A stretch of 64,000 nt of DNA from Octopus sinensis (lineage: Eukaryota). Below the pieces are notes generated by a model that worked only from the letters and a program-made list of their open reading frames with translations, was not told where the DNA came from and searched no databases. Below are positions 14,785-25,075 of the stretch, piece by piece. Position numbers and translations under genes: made by a program. Every line of letters starts with the position of its first letter. Positions within the stretch are counted from its first letter, which is position 1. The DNA is taken from positions 40,238,001 through 40,302,000 of the forward strand of contig NC_043012.1 in assembly GCF_006345805.1 (NCBI RefSeq), read 5' to 3'.

Positions 14785-17700
14785 TACATACACACACACA
14801 TACTTAGAACGGGCATCTTTCACCTTTCGTCTACCAAATCCACTCACAAAGCTTTGGTCAGCCTGACGCTATAGTAGAAGATACTTGCCCGTGGTTCTAC
14901 TTACAAGGTTTTGAATGGCTCAGGACTATTGTAGAAGATATTTTTCCAAAGTGCCAAACACTGGGACTAAACCCAAGACCACATGGCTGGGAAGCAAGCA
15001 TCTTAACCACACATCCAGGCCCATTTAAAAGTATAGGGGGTTCAAAAAGTCTCTCTGCAGTGAATTTTTCTCATCCTGACTCTCCAGGATGTATTACACC
15101 ACATGTGGAGAAGAGTCAAGTTATGTATCGAAAATGAAGAACAACACTTTCAACACCTCTTATAAAGTTTTTTTAAACTCTTGTAAAGTCTAATATATTC
15201 TTTTGTAGTCTTATACCATCTCTCTATATATAAATGGCAGTTTGTCTGTCTGTGTGTCTGTCAGGTTGTACCCTCACCCTGACCATGGCTTTCAACCGAT
15301 TCTGATGAAACTTGACACACACACAGCCCAATGTCATAATTCAAAACTAATGCAGCGAAAATTTTGAAAAGTTCCCCCAGTTCTGAAAAAAATCGATAAA
15401 TTCGACATGGGGTCGAGAATCTATGCTTTTTATATGCAACACATTTTCTATTGTAGTTTTCGCAACTTGCAATCGATGTTCACCAAACTAATGGTGAAGC
15501 TTAATGTTACCCTAAGAAACTTAATTCTGACGTTAGTTTTCCATGCAATACCTTACCATTAGATAAAATCATGCCATTTTGGGAAATCGCGTTCAAATTC
15601 AAGATGACATATTTTCAACAATATCTTTCACAAATTGGCAGGAATTTTTTTTTAAATTCACAGCAAGCATCATGTCTGCTCCAAGGAGTTCTATGGCCCT
15701 TTTTATTCCAATAGGATACTTTATTACTGGAAAAAATCGGTTAATTAAATCATATGTGGCACACATAGCAAACCGATTTGTGTATTAAACACAAACCACA
15801 GACTGTCTAGGGGACGCAACTCGACCTTTTTAACTCTCGGAATACGTGGGGTAAGTATCCCAAAATGTATAAAAATGTACAAAAACAGCAAATAAGCAGG
15901 CAGCAATGTGACAACAACGAAAAGTGACCAAACTGAACAAACGAATGGAAAAGGCTTTTTGATGCACACGACAAAAGCGGTTTATAATAAACCAAGAGTT
16001 TGCAAGTAGCGTCCGAGGACCCTTAGGGTACATTAAAAATTTAAGGTAAAGTTTAAACAAAAAGAGTATTCGAATAACTTGCGGCTGCAGCAGCTATTAG
16101 CAGAAGTGGGTAAAGTTGGGGGTAAAGTCTCGAATGTAATTTCTTCCTGGTAGGAATTGGTTGGGTTGAATTATCGATAGTTGTTTGATAGTTATTTGGA
16201 AGTGAAGAGAAGACATTTGCAACCTACACATGAGCCTTCGTTCCCTAGAGGGAAAGGACTAGATTGGGATTAGTCGTTGCCTACTAGGGGCTCTTACATA
16301 CCCGGGCTATGCAGCTAGTCTTATAATAAAATACATAGTGTGGAGAGACTTTTTGAACACCCTGTATTTTAAGCTCAACACGGAAGACAAGGAGAACCAA
16401 GTTTAAACTTCATTTCAGTGACAAAAAGAGAATACCTTCTGGTACTTAATTTGTCAGTACCCTGTGTTCAAGTCCACTAGGGTGAAACTTGTTTTTCATC
16501 CTGCCAAGGTTCATAAAAAAGGTCAAGTTTCTTTTTTGAGTCATACCAAATCAATAAAGACCAGTTTCGCGGTTTCCCTGGCATATAAATTCTCCACCTG
16601 GACGGGACGCCGGTCCATCGCAGGGTTATTCATTTTTGCCAGGTGAGTGGATGACTGGAGCAACGTGAAATGAAGTGTTTTGCTCAAAAACACAATGTGT
16701 CATTTGGTCCAGGAATTGAAACGACAATCGCATAACGAGTCCAACACCTTAGCCACAAAGCCACAGACCTCCACATCCTGAGTGAGGGAAGGAGCTGTTC
16801 TTTGTTTCTTCTTTCTCTCTTAGGATTAACTGCCAGTTGATGAATGGTGTCTCTTTGGCTTTTACACCAATAACTAACATCCATTAGGAAAAATCCTTGG
16901 CAGAATTTAGGGCAGTGAGCATCAACAGCCCAAGCCACAGCTCTGAGTATTCTTAACCCATTAGCATTACATCCGACCCACATATTCTGTTTTATGTTCA
17001 AGCCAACCAGACTTGACCTTCCACCCCTAATCTACAATGTCATTCCAGATATGAATGCTGACATCATCAAAATCTCAAAGCTAGGAGATAATGCATGATT
17101 AATTGCAATGTGAACAAACAAGCGTTACATTTAATTGAGTAACCCGAATGATAAAGGGGTAAAGGTTATTTTTTAAATATTTTGTTGGCATGGGTGTGTA
17201 GTTAGGAAACTTGCTACTTAATAGATGGGTTTAGGGTCAATTCTACAGTGTGCCACCTTGGGGCAAGAGTTCTCCCCTATAATCCCAGACCAACCAATGT
17301 TTTGTAAATGGATTAGATGAAAACTGAAAGGAGCCTGCCATATATAGTTATACACGAGTGTGTGTCTCTCTGATCGTTTACTTGTTTCAGTCATTAGACT
17401 GTGACCACGCTGGGATAAAAACCTTGAATTTTTAATCGAATGAACCAACCCCAGTACATATTTTTAAGCCTCATACTTATTTTATCAGTCTCTTTTGCCA
17501 AATTGGTAAGTTACAGGAATGTAAACACTCCAAGTGGCTGTCAAGTGGTGGCAGGGGACAAACAGACACAAAGAGACACAAGCACACACATATATATATA
17601 TATATTTATATACACACACATATGCACTATGGGTGTGACATTAAGCTGGGTCTGATGGTGAGGCTCTGGTTCAAATGTCCTGGAATTCTAAGGAGCCTAG

Positions 17701-18432
17701 AGTCCACCCTTAATTACCATTACTCACAAGTCCATTCTGACCCAGAACTGTAGTTCCTGTTAGAGTCCCACCAATGGAATTAAATATATTTTTGTACAAG
17801 TGGATTGAGCTGTTTAATTGCAGTGAAATCAACGAATCTAGAAGAAGGAAAGCTCCCAATTTAATCAATACCCACTTCCAACATGCTCTAAACCAGCACG
17901 GAAGAGTATGGTCGATGAAAATAACATGAGGAGGAATGTCCAATAATACAGATTCCTGCTATGGAGGTAATTATCACAGGTTAATACACATTCTACTGCA
18001 GGCAGGCAGGGATGGTGGGAAATGATGACAATGAGGATATATATATATGTGGAGGCGCAATGGCCCAGTGGTTAGAGCAGTGGACTCGCGGTCATAGGAT
18101 CGTGGTTTCGATTCCCAGACCGGGCGTTGTGAGTGTTTATTGAGCGAAAACACCTAAAGCTCCACGAGGCTCCGGCAGGGGATGGTGGTGATCGTTGCTG
18201 TACTCTTTCACCACAACTTTCTCTCACTCTTACTTCCTGTTTCTGTTGTACCTGTATTTCAAAGGGCTGGCCTTGTCACTCTCTGTGTCACGCTGAATAT
18301 CCCCGAGAACTACGTTAAGGGTGCATGTGTCTGTGGAGTGCTCAGCCACTTACACGTTAATTTCATGAGCAGGCTGTTCCGTTGATTCGGATCAACCGGA
18401 ACCCTCGTCGTCGTAACCGACGGAGTGCTTCC

Positions 18433-18467
<35 letters not shown>

Positions 18468-20788
18468 ATACATATAAATAGATATATAGATAGATAAGGT
18501 GCATCAAGCTAAGTAAAATTGCTCTCTTCCATACATGCAGGCTTGTCTTTTCAGGTGCCGGTGCCACATAAAAAGCATCCAGTACACTCTGTTAAGTGGT
18601 CGGCATTAAGAGCATCCAACCATAAAAATCTATGCTATGAAAAACAACTGGAGTCTGGACGGCTCCCTGCTAATAAGCTACATGTCAAATCGTCCAACCC
18701 ATGCCAGCATGGAAAGCAGACGTTATATATATAAACATGCAGGTGTCTATCATTGCTTATATTTGCTGTAGTTCTTTGTAAAACTGATTTGCTAGACGTG
18801 GTGACATTGTGGTCAACAGCCTGTCTGCTGGCATTGTGCCTTTGAAGACATAAAATAAGAGATCCCTACAAGAAAAAACAGGTGAAGGTTAGCAACAGGA
18901 AAGGCATCATTAACTCTTGCCTGGTTTTAAGTAAGGATAATACATTTGTCTCAGCCAAGCTACCTAGGAAAAACAGACATAAAGCAATATGAAACACCTG
19001 TTTACTGCTATTTAGTGTGAAATAAATGAAAATCATAAAACAGGTTGTATTTAAGAATTGCAGGGTCTGGCTGAGAAGAAAACAATTTCACATTTAGAAC
19101 AGTAAATTTTGTGTCTTAATAATGAAAGCGGCAAACTGGCAGAATCGGCAGAGTGCCTAGCTGTATATCTTCCAGCTTTACATTGAGTTCAAATTCCAGC
19201 GTAGTCGATTCTGCCTTTCATCCTTTCAGGGTCAATAAAATAAGTACCAGTTGAATACTGGGGTCGATGTGTTGAACTAGACCCCTCCTCCAAACTTTCT
19301 GGCCTTGTTCCTACAATAGAAAGGATTGTGTGTTAATGTTTTGTCAGTTGAACAATGGCAGAGTGGAGAAGGGAGGAACCATTGTTGGGATGTGCTTAAG
19401 GCATCGGTTGGTCTTAATCTGGCTCTATATTAATATTAAAAGAATATGTCACGAGTTATTGATGCGACAAAGCTTATTAACATTTGATGGGCCAGAAGAT
19501 CTAAGCAGCCCTCATTTACCTCGCCTTGCAACCATATAGCTTCAGGCTCAGTCCCACAGCACAGTACTTTGGGTGAGTATACTCTACTAAACATTAAGTT
19601 TCATAAACGACAAAATATAAGTATCCACACTACCGCACCTGAAACGTGTACGTGAAGGTATTTAGAATACTCAAACTTATTTCTGCAAATGCTGATCATA
19701 GTTTAATCAATAAGCATAGCAGTGAGGTAAATGCAGTAAAAACAGGATAGGGGGAGGTCAGCGGAGCCCCATTTAAGCAGCCCTTCAGAAATTGAGCCTC
19801 CTTACGATGATACTCCCTGGGAGTTCATGGTATGAAATTCAATGCCATTGCTCCAATTTGGTCGCTTATGCTATGTATTTAGTTTAAAATGCAGTAAAAA
19901 TAAGGGGAGGCAGTAGGGCCCCAATTAGACGACCCTTGAAAAAACAGATCCCCTTAGGACATTCCCTGAGATTAGGAGAGTTGCTGGTTTGAGTTTCTTT
20001 GTTCTTGCATGAAGGGTCTAAGAAGAGTTAACAAACATAAAAACGAAACAGAGAAACATCATTTGAATTTATAATAGGATTGTAGCCCTGGACCGACCAA
20101 TGCCTTGCAAGTAATGAAAACTGTGTGGAAGCCTGTCGAGGGTGTGTGTGTATATCTTTGTGCTTGTCCTTCACTCACCCACTGCTTGACAACCAGTGAT
20201 GGTTTGTTTATGTCCCTGTAAATTAGCATTCAGCAAAATAACCCAACAGAATAAGTACAAGACTCAACAAAAAATAAGTTCTGGGGTTGATTTGTTCGAC
20301 TACTAAACATTTTAATACACACAGTAGACGACAAGGTTGCCACCCCTAGTCTTTGGGCAGGGGGTGGGGGAGGCAACCTGATCCTGATTCAGGTGACCCC
20401 CTGCTCTACTCACAATTACCACAATATCTGATCCAGCAGCAATGATAAAGTCTTACGCCTACACACAAGACTGAAAGTCAGTCACAAAACCCGAAACAGA
20501 AATGATGGCATTAAAAACAGTCATCTCTTAGTTTAAATTACATACACAGGAAGGGGAAAGAATCCCATGTTAATAAGATTTATGTGACAGTCCGTCTTAA
20601 AGAAAGATAAATTTAAAATTGCACTAGGCGCAGGAGTGGCTGTGTGGTAAGAAGCTTGCTACCCAACCATATGGTTCCAGGTTCAGTCCTACTACATGGC
20701 ACCTTGGGCAAATGTCTTCTAACATAGCCTCGGGCTGACCAAAGTCTTGGGAGTGGATTTGGTAGACGGAAACTGAAAGAAACCCGAC

Positions 20789-20844
<56 letters not shown>

Positions 20845-23681
20845 ATGTGTTTGTTTGTGTCTGTGTTTGTCTCCCCACCATTGCTTGACAACTGAGGCTG
20901 GTGTGTCTACGTCCCCGTCACTTGGTGTGTCTACGTCCCCGTCACTTAGTGGTTTGGCAAAAAGAGACCGATAGAATAAGTACTAGGCTTACAAAGAATA
21001 AGTCCTGGGGTCGATTTTATTCGACTAAAGGCGGTGCTGCAGCATGACTGCAGTCAAATGACTGAAACAAGTAAAAAGAGAGTAAGAGTATGAGCCCCTG
21101 TGGCTAATTAAAAATGTCTCTAATAATCAGAGTGGAAGGAAAAGGACAGAAGAAATGGAAAAGCTGACTCGGAATCACAGACGACGACATGTACAGACGC
21201 TTCCGTACATAAAGCCGGCTGAAATACACACACACACACATGTTGAACTTCTAAGAACATAACTACCTCATGGGGAAAGAAAAGGGCACAGAATTGGGGA
21301 TCAAAAATACAATCCAAAAAAAAGGTGTAGTAAACGAATCTGAAAACAAAAATGCGGCGAAAACAATGGGGATAGGGGGGAAGGGACTTCGGAAAATTCA
21401 CAAGATCCGAGTTTTCCCACGTACCTTTGAGGAAAACGGATACCTTTTAATGAAATTGTATATAAATCCCTTTTAAACGGCTTGCATTACGGATGCCTAA
21501 TGTGCCGCAAACCCCTTATTTTTCTTCGGAAAAAGGGTGTTGGGGGTAAAGGGTAATAATGTCGACATTAACCAAAAAGATTTCTTTCACAATCGTATTT
21601 CCCGCTGCATGAAACACAGGAATACTAAAAATTTTATTTATGAAAGAAAAAGAAAAAAACCCTATTCAATATAATGAAATTTCGAAAGATTTACTTTATG
21701 GTCCCAATCTAATGCAGCGATTATAAAGTGTGGCCCTCGGGCATCCTTCGACGATTTTCCCTCTTTAAATATATTATTCGCTACTACTTAAATACAGAGG
21801 TCCCTAAAAACTTACCCTAACCCTACGGAACCTCTGTATTTAAGTTGTGCCGATTTTTTACTTACTTATTTTTTGTGCACTGTGCCCCCAACACACACCG
21901 CCCAAAAATCCAGCTTTTGGATCTGGCTCAGATATTTAAAGGTGGAGAAGGCGGAGTGGAGTGGGGGGTGAAAAATTGAAATTTTACAAAAATTTTTTTT
22001 TTTCAGAATCACATTCTCCATTGTGTCTGGGGGAAGTCGTATTCTCCCCCACAAAAAAATTTCTAAAAAAGGTTTAAAAAATTGGGAAGTGGGGTAGGGG
22101 CTATTAAAATTTTGAAATGCCGTTTTTTTTTTTGTTTTTTGGGGGCAGATTCGGAATCCCCGCAGTCACAAAAGCAGGTTTCTGTAGAAAAAAAACAACT
22201 AAAAACAATAACCGAAAGTTCCATGTCCTTTACCTCCACCATTGAAATAGTATTTACTGAATATTTTCATCTATAGAATATATTATTTAGGCAAGAAATG
22301 AAATTCCGAAAAGAAGTTCGTTTCTCCGTAAATTTAGATCCACACCGGATCCTTGGATACGTTTCGTTTTTGCCGAGTCGGTTTTTTAAATTTCCGTTGT
22401 CAAATTTTACTGAGCTGCTTCAACACAATACAGTAAAAGATGGCCTGGGGAAAATACTATTTAAATAAAACAGGTTTTATTTTAGGGGGTAACCTCAGAT
22501 TGCAGTGGGGGGTGAAACAAATTTACATCCAAGCTACAGAACGATAAATTTTGAAGTCAAATTCACCATCGAATAACGGTGACCAGAAATTGCTCCACCG
22601 GTTTATTTAATATTATTTTATTCACTCGAATAACTGGGAAATAAAATAGTTTCTTAATTGCAATAACAATTATTGAAACAAAAAAACATAAAACCATAAT
22701 ATACAAACGAAATAATTAATTATTCAGTTTGTGCCGTTTGGGGAAGACACTGCTGCTATATCTAGCCGGTTAAGCGTCCATGTAGGAGTTCCACGATGTG
22801 TCTACCGAGGCTTACAACGATAATTTGATTGAGAAATTTCGATAAAAATTAAGGCAAATTTTACTTCATTTATTTTCCTTCTATCTTTTAAAATATTTCC
22901 TACACATCTTAGCAGGGTACGAGTATCGTAGGGTAGTACCTACCTCTTAGTACCTCTTTCCAGAACCTTCGGAACGGAATGGAGAAGGAAAAAGGACAAG
23001 AAATCAGTCGGTTGTTTTCTTTGGTGAAAACTCTTTGGCCATCTTTCGATATTGTCCAAAGAATTTCCTATTCAATTCTAGGAGTCTCCATCTGGGATCT
23101 TTTCTTAGATCCTCCATCTGTAGGAATGCCAAAAGTCCGAGACACAAAAATAGTCGGGTGGACAAAAGTAATTAAAAGACATTGATGTCCCAGATTGGCA
23201 AAAAGATGGAATAAGAAGAGAAAATATGCTCCAAGCAAATTATTTTATGGTAGAGTTGTGCCCCAGGAGGGCAAAGAATGTCGAGTAAAAGCATAAAAGA
23301 CGACAAGATAATATTATAAAAGCAATAATTTGACTTACTTTTGGCTTTCTTTAGTTTGTAGTCTTTCGCTCCGTCGTCCGATCGATTGTCTTTGAAATCG
23401 AGCAAAGAAGACTTCACGGAATTCATGGCATTGTTGCTGTTGTTGTTGTTGTCTTCGCTGTCGGGTCTAATCTCATCGTCTGAAATATTGTCGACGGCCA
23501 CCACGGCTTCTGTGCTGTCTTTGCCGGGTGGTGTGATGGTGTTGTTGTTGTTGGTGTTGTTGTGGTGATGCTGAGGGTGACTCGGGGAGTCAACTTCGTC
23601 GCTCAAGGCTTCCTCATCGTTTTCATCGTCCGAATTCTCCCCGTAAGTCCCAATGGAAAGCATTCCAGCCGTTTCCGTCAT
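3804..23681 (-). CDS. SAP30BP: SAP30-binding protein (HCNGP family), complete 10-exon CDS: join(complement 23681-23339, 14089-13995, 12688-12646, 10306-10218, 8611-8520, 8069-8009, 7428-7377, 6321-6263, 4357-4309, 3991-3804); 1071 nt, 356 aa
   Basis: All introns are GT-AG and the phases (1,0,1,0,2,0,1,0,1) join in frame. Translation gives family motifs DEIQLPPEPPGRCS, IQKRKGFRNPSIYEKLIEFC.I.E.GTNYP, FDP..W..DS.YD.L, KERTKIEFVTGTKK, KKRKTKWD and a C-terminal TKSTVIPALGNILK. Confidence 0.96.
4309..4357 (-). CDS. SAP30BP: SAP30BP coding exon 9 (IEFVTGTKKLSTEGPV)
   Basis: Conserved IEFVTGTKK; acceptor ATTTCAG, donor GTAAGT. Confidence 0.95.
6263..6321 (-). CDS. SAP30BP: SAP30BP coding exon 8 (KMQKLDMEKREKERKERTK)
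   Basis: Conserved charged helix; acceptor TTTCCAG, donor GTAAGT. Confidence 0.95.
7377..7428 (-). CDS. SAP30BP: SAP30BP coding exon 7 (EIFDPLVWGSDSLYDSL)
   Basis: Conserved motif; acceptor TTTTTCAG, donor GTAAGA. Confidence 0.95.
7536..7768. mobile_element. piggyBac-like MITE. A partial copy lies at 35181-35303
   Basis: TTAA-CCCTTTTGTTACC ... GGTAATGAAAGGG-TTAA terminal inverted repeats. Confidence 0.7.
8009..8069 (-). CDS. SAP30BP: SAP30BP coding exon 6 (IYEKLIEFCQINEKGTNYPP)
   Basis: Conserved motif; acceptor TTTGCAG, donor GTAAGT. Confidence 0.95.
8520..8611 (-). CDS. SAP30BP: SAP30BP coding exon 5 (EKIAHHYNKMKQEGCNLSLSIQKRKGFRNP)
   Basis: Conserved motif; acceptor TTTGTTTCAG, donor GTATGA. 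Confidence 0.95.
9078..9370 (+). mobile_element. tRNA-derived SINE with a (CACGTGAT)n tail
   Basis: A box TGGCCTAGTGG, B box GGTTTCGATTCC; head shared with the copy at 18049. Confidence 0.85.
10218..10306 (-). CDS. SAP30BP: SAP30BP coding exon 4 (SLSRSVQNMAADEIQLPPEPPGRCSRALQ)
   Basis: Conserved motif; acceptor TTCATCAG, donor GTAAGC. Confidence 0.95.
10380..10788. mobile_element. piggyBac-like MITE with an internal duplication. Relatives near 12833-13038, 16953-17165 and 34755-35180
   Basis: TTAA-CCCTTTAGCAT ... ATGCTAAAAGG-TTAA. Confidence 0.65.
12646..12688 (-). CDS. SAP30BP: SAP30BP coding exon 3 (VSQDKDSILKPEQA)
   Basis: Acceptor TCTTTGTAG, donor GTAAGT, 43 nt; supplies the phase needed to join exons 2 and 4. 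Confidence 0.8.
13995..14089 (-). CDS. SAP30BP: SAP30BP coding exon 2 (RLVSYGNDFEDKSESEKEDSDVDPDPEKFLV)
   Basis: Acceptor TTTTTGCAG, donor GTAAGT, 95 nt, phase 1 to 0. Confidence 0.9.
15034..16364. mobile_element. Tc1/mariner-type MITE (about 230 bp) split by a Helitron insertion
   Basis: TIRs TAGGGGGTTCAAAAAGTCTCTC and reverse complement CAGGGTGTTCAAAAAGTCTCTC, each flanked by TA. Confidence 0.7.
15219..16318 (+). mobile_element. Non-autonomous Helitron
   Basis: Begins TC after A (A|TCTCTCTATATATAAA) with a subterminal (TGTC)n, and ends CTAG before T, as expected for a Helitron A-T target. Confidence 0.65.
18049..18432 (+). mobile_element. tRNA-derived SINE with the same head as the 9078 copy but a different 3' tail; inserted in (TA)n
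   Basis: A box TGGCCCAGTGG, B box GGTTTCGATTCC. Confidence 0.85.
20627..21085 (+). mobile_element. Full-length SINE with an internal (TA)(TG) microsatellite. Other copies near 5643-6005 (+), 14535-15016 (-), 34097-34395 (+), 39344-39762 (+), 45910-46325 (+), 56390-56878 (-)
   Basis: Shared head GGAGTGGCTGTGTGGTAAGAAGCTTGCTTCCCAACCACATGGTTCCGGGTTCAGTCCC and tail GGGGTCGATTTG.TCGACTAAAGGCGGTGCTCCAGCATGGCC. Confidence 0.85.
23339..23681 (-). CDS. SAP30BP: SAP30BP coding exon 1 (MTETAGMLSIGTYGENSDDE...KKAK)
   Basis: ATG at 23681-23679; acidic, Asn-rich N-terminus; donor GTAAGT after 23339. Confidence 0.88.
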
Positions 23682-23815
23682 CGCCCAACGAATACAATCT
23701 TAATCTATATATATATATAACGCTGTGTGTGTGTTGTGTGTGTGTGGGTAATTAATTAGTGGAAAGTAATTAACGACGGCAACGAATCTCGATTCCCAAC
23801 TTTTGTCTCTCGACA

Positions 23816-23866
23816 CCGGAAACGGCAAAAGATGAAGAACGAGGAAAAAATTCACTAACCGGAAGT
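23816..23866 (-). promoter_or_regulatory. Candidate SAP30BP core promoter with two ETS-type sites
   Basis: CCGGAAGT at 23859-23866 and CCGGAAA near 23817-23823, in a locally CpG-rich stretch 130-190 bp upstream of the ATG. Confidence 0.45.
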
Positions 23867-24286
23867 CAGTAACCTTTACAGCCATGGTTTCGTATTTACT
23901 TCGTCGACAGATATTTACTTTCGAGATTAGAAATTTATTTTTAGTATTATTCTTTTTATATAATAATTCCATTTTCACCTGCAACTATTGAAATCTAGGG
24001 AAACTGGACTGATACTTGTTTTATATAATCCTCATATTTTCGTATTTTATTGGAATCGTGATCCAAGAATTTGGAATTGGCAATTAGCGGCATCAATTAA
24101 AATAAAAACGACAGTGATAGGTCTTTTATTCTTTACTTGGTTTCACTCATTAAACTGTGGCCATGCTGGGGCAGCTTTCTGAAGAATTTTGGTCGAACAA
24201 ATTGCCCCCAGTACTTAGTGTAGAAAAATAACTTAAATATTAAAAAATATTAAAAATAAGTTACGTTAATGTTTATTTTGATTCGC

Positions 24287-25075
24287 GGTCACCAAAATAA
24301 AACAAAAAAAAAACAAAGTGTAAAAGGTGTTTAAAAAAATGTGTATTAGACGAATATGAAGACAAAAATATGCGCCAACGAAGAGGGATGGTGGGAGGAG
24401 AGGACTTCCTGAAAATTCTCAAGATGCGATTTTTTCCCTCATAACTTTAAGGAAATTGGATATCTTTTTATGAAATTTTATATAAATACCTTTGAAACGG
24501 CAAAAAGAAATTTGAGGGGAAAATCTTTTCGAGGGGGGGGGGCTTACGAAGACTTTTTTTGCTTGAGTGTAATGGAAATAAGTTTGAAAAAAAAATTAGA
24601 TTCATCTATTTTTCGTTTGAGTAATGGAAAAAGGTTTTTAAAACAATCATAAGTATCATGGAGAGAGAAACAAATTCATAAATACGGTGTCGAATATGGT
24701 TTCACTATGGAAAAAAAGTTAAGGGCGATTTAAGCTGTTGTTTTTAGCACATCTCAAGCAAAAAAATAATTTATGAATTTCTCTCTCTTTGAAAGTCCTC
24801 TTCCCACTCCCTTCAAAAAAGTTCCCCCACAAATTTCTTTCTAATCGTAATCTATGCCGTTTAAAAGGTATTTATATAAAATTTCAACAAAAGATATCCA
24901 TTTTCCTAAAAGTGATGAGGGGGGAAAATCGGATCTTGTGAATTTTCCCAAAAGTCCTCTCCTCACCCCATCCCGGTTCGTTAGCGCAAATCTTTGTTTT
25001 CATATTTGTTTAATACACTTTTTTTTTTACACCTAAGACACTTGTTTAGTTTTTTTGTTTTTCATTTTGGTGACC
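24287..25075. mobile_element. Foldback/MITE element with about 250-bp imperfect inverted arms
   Basis: 24287-24530 is the diverged reverse complement of about 24815-25075, sharing GGTCACCAAAAT, GAGGAGAGGACTT, GAAATTTTATATAAATACCTTT and AAACGGCA; an inner inverted repeat GAGAGAGAAA..AATTCATAAAT is also present. Confidence 0.8.

Noticed and set aside
21120-21225. Possible cryptic SAP30BP exon after TATTTCAG on the minus strand
   Set aside because: Weak acceptor, in-frame stop and no obvious donor; unsupported
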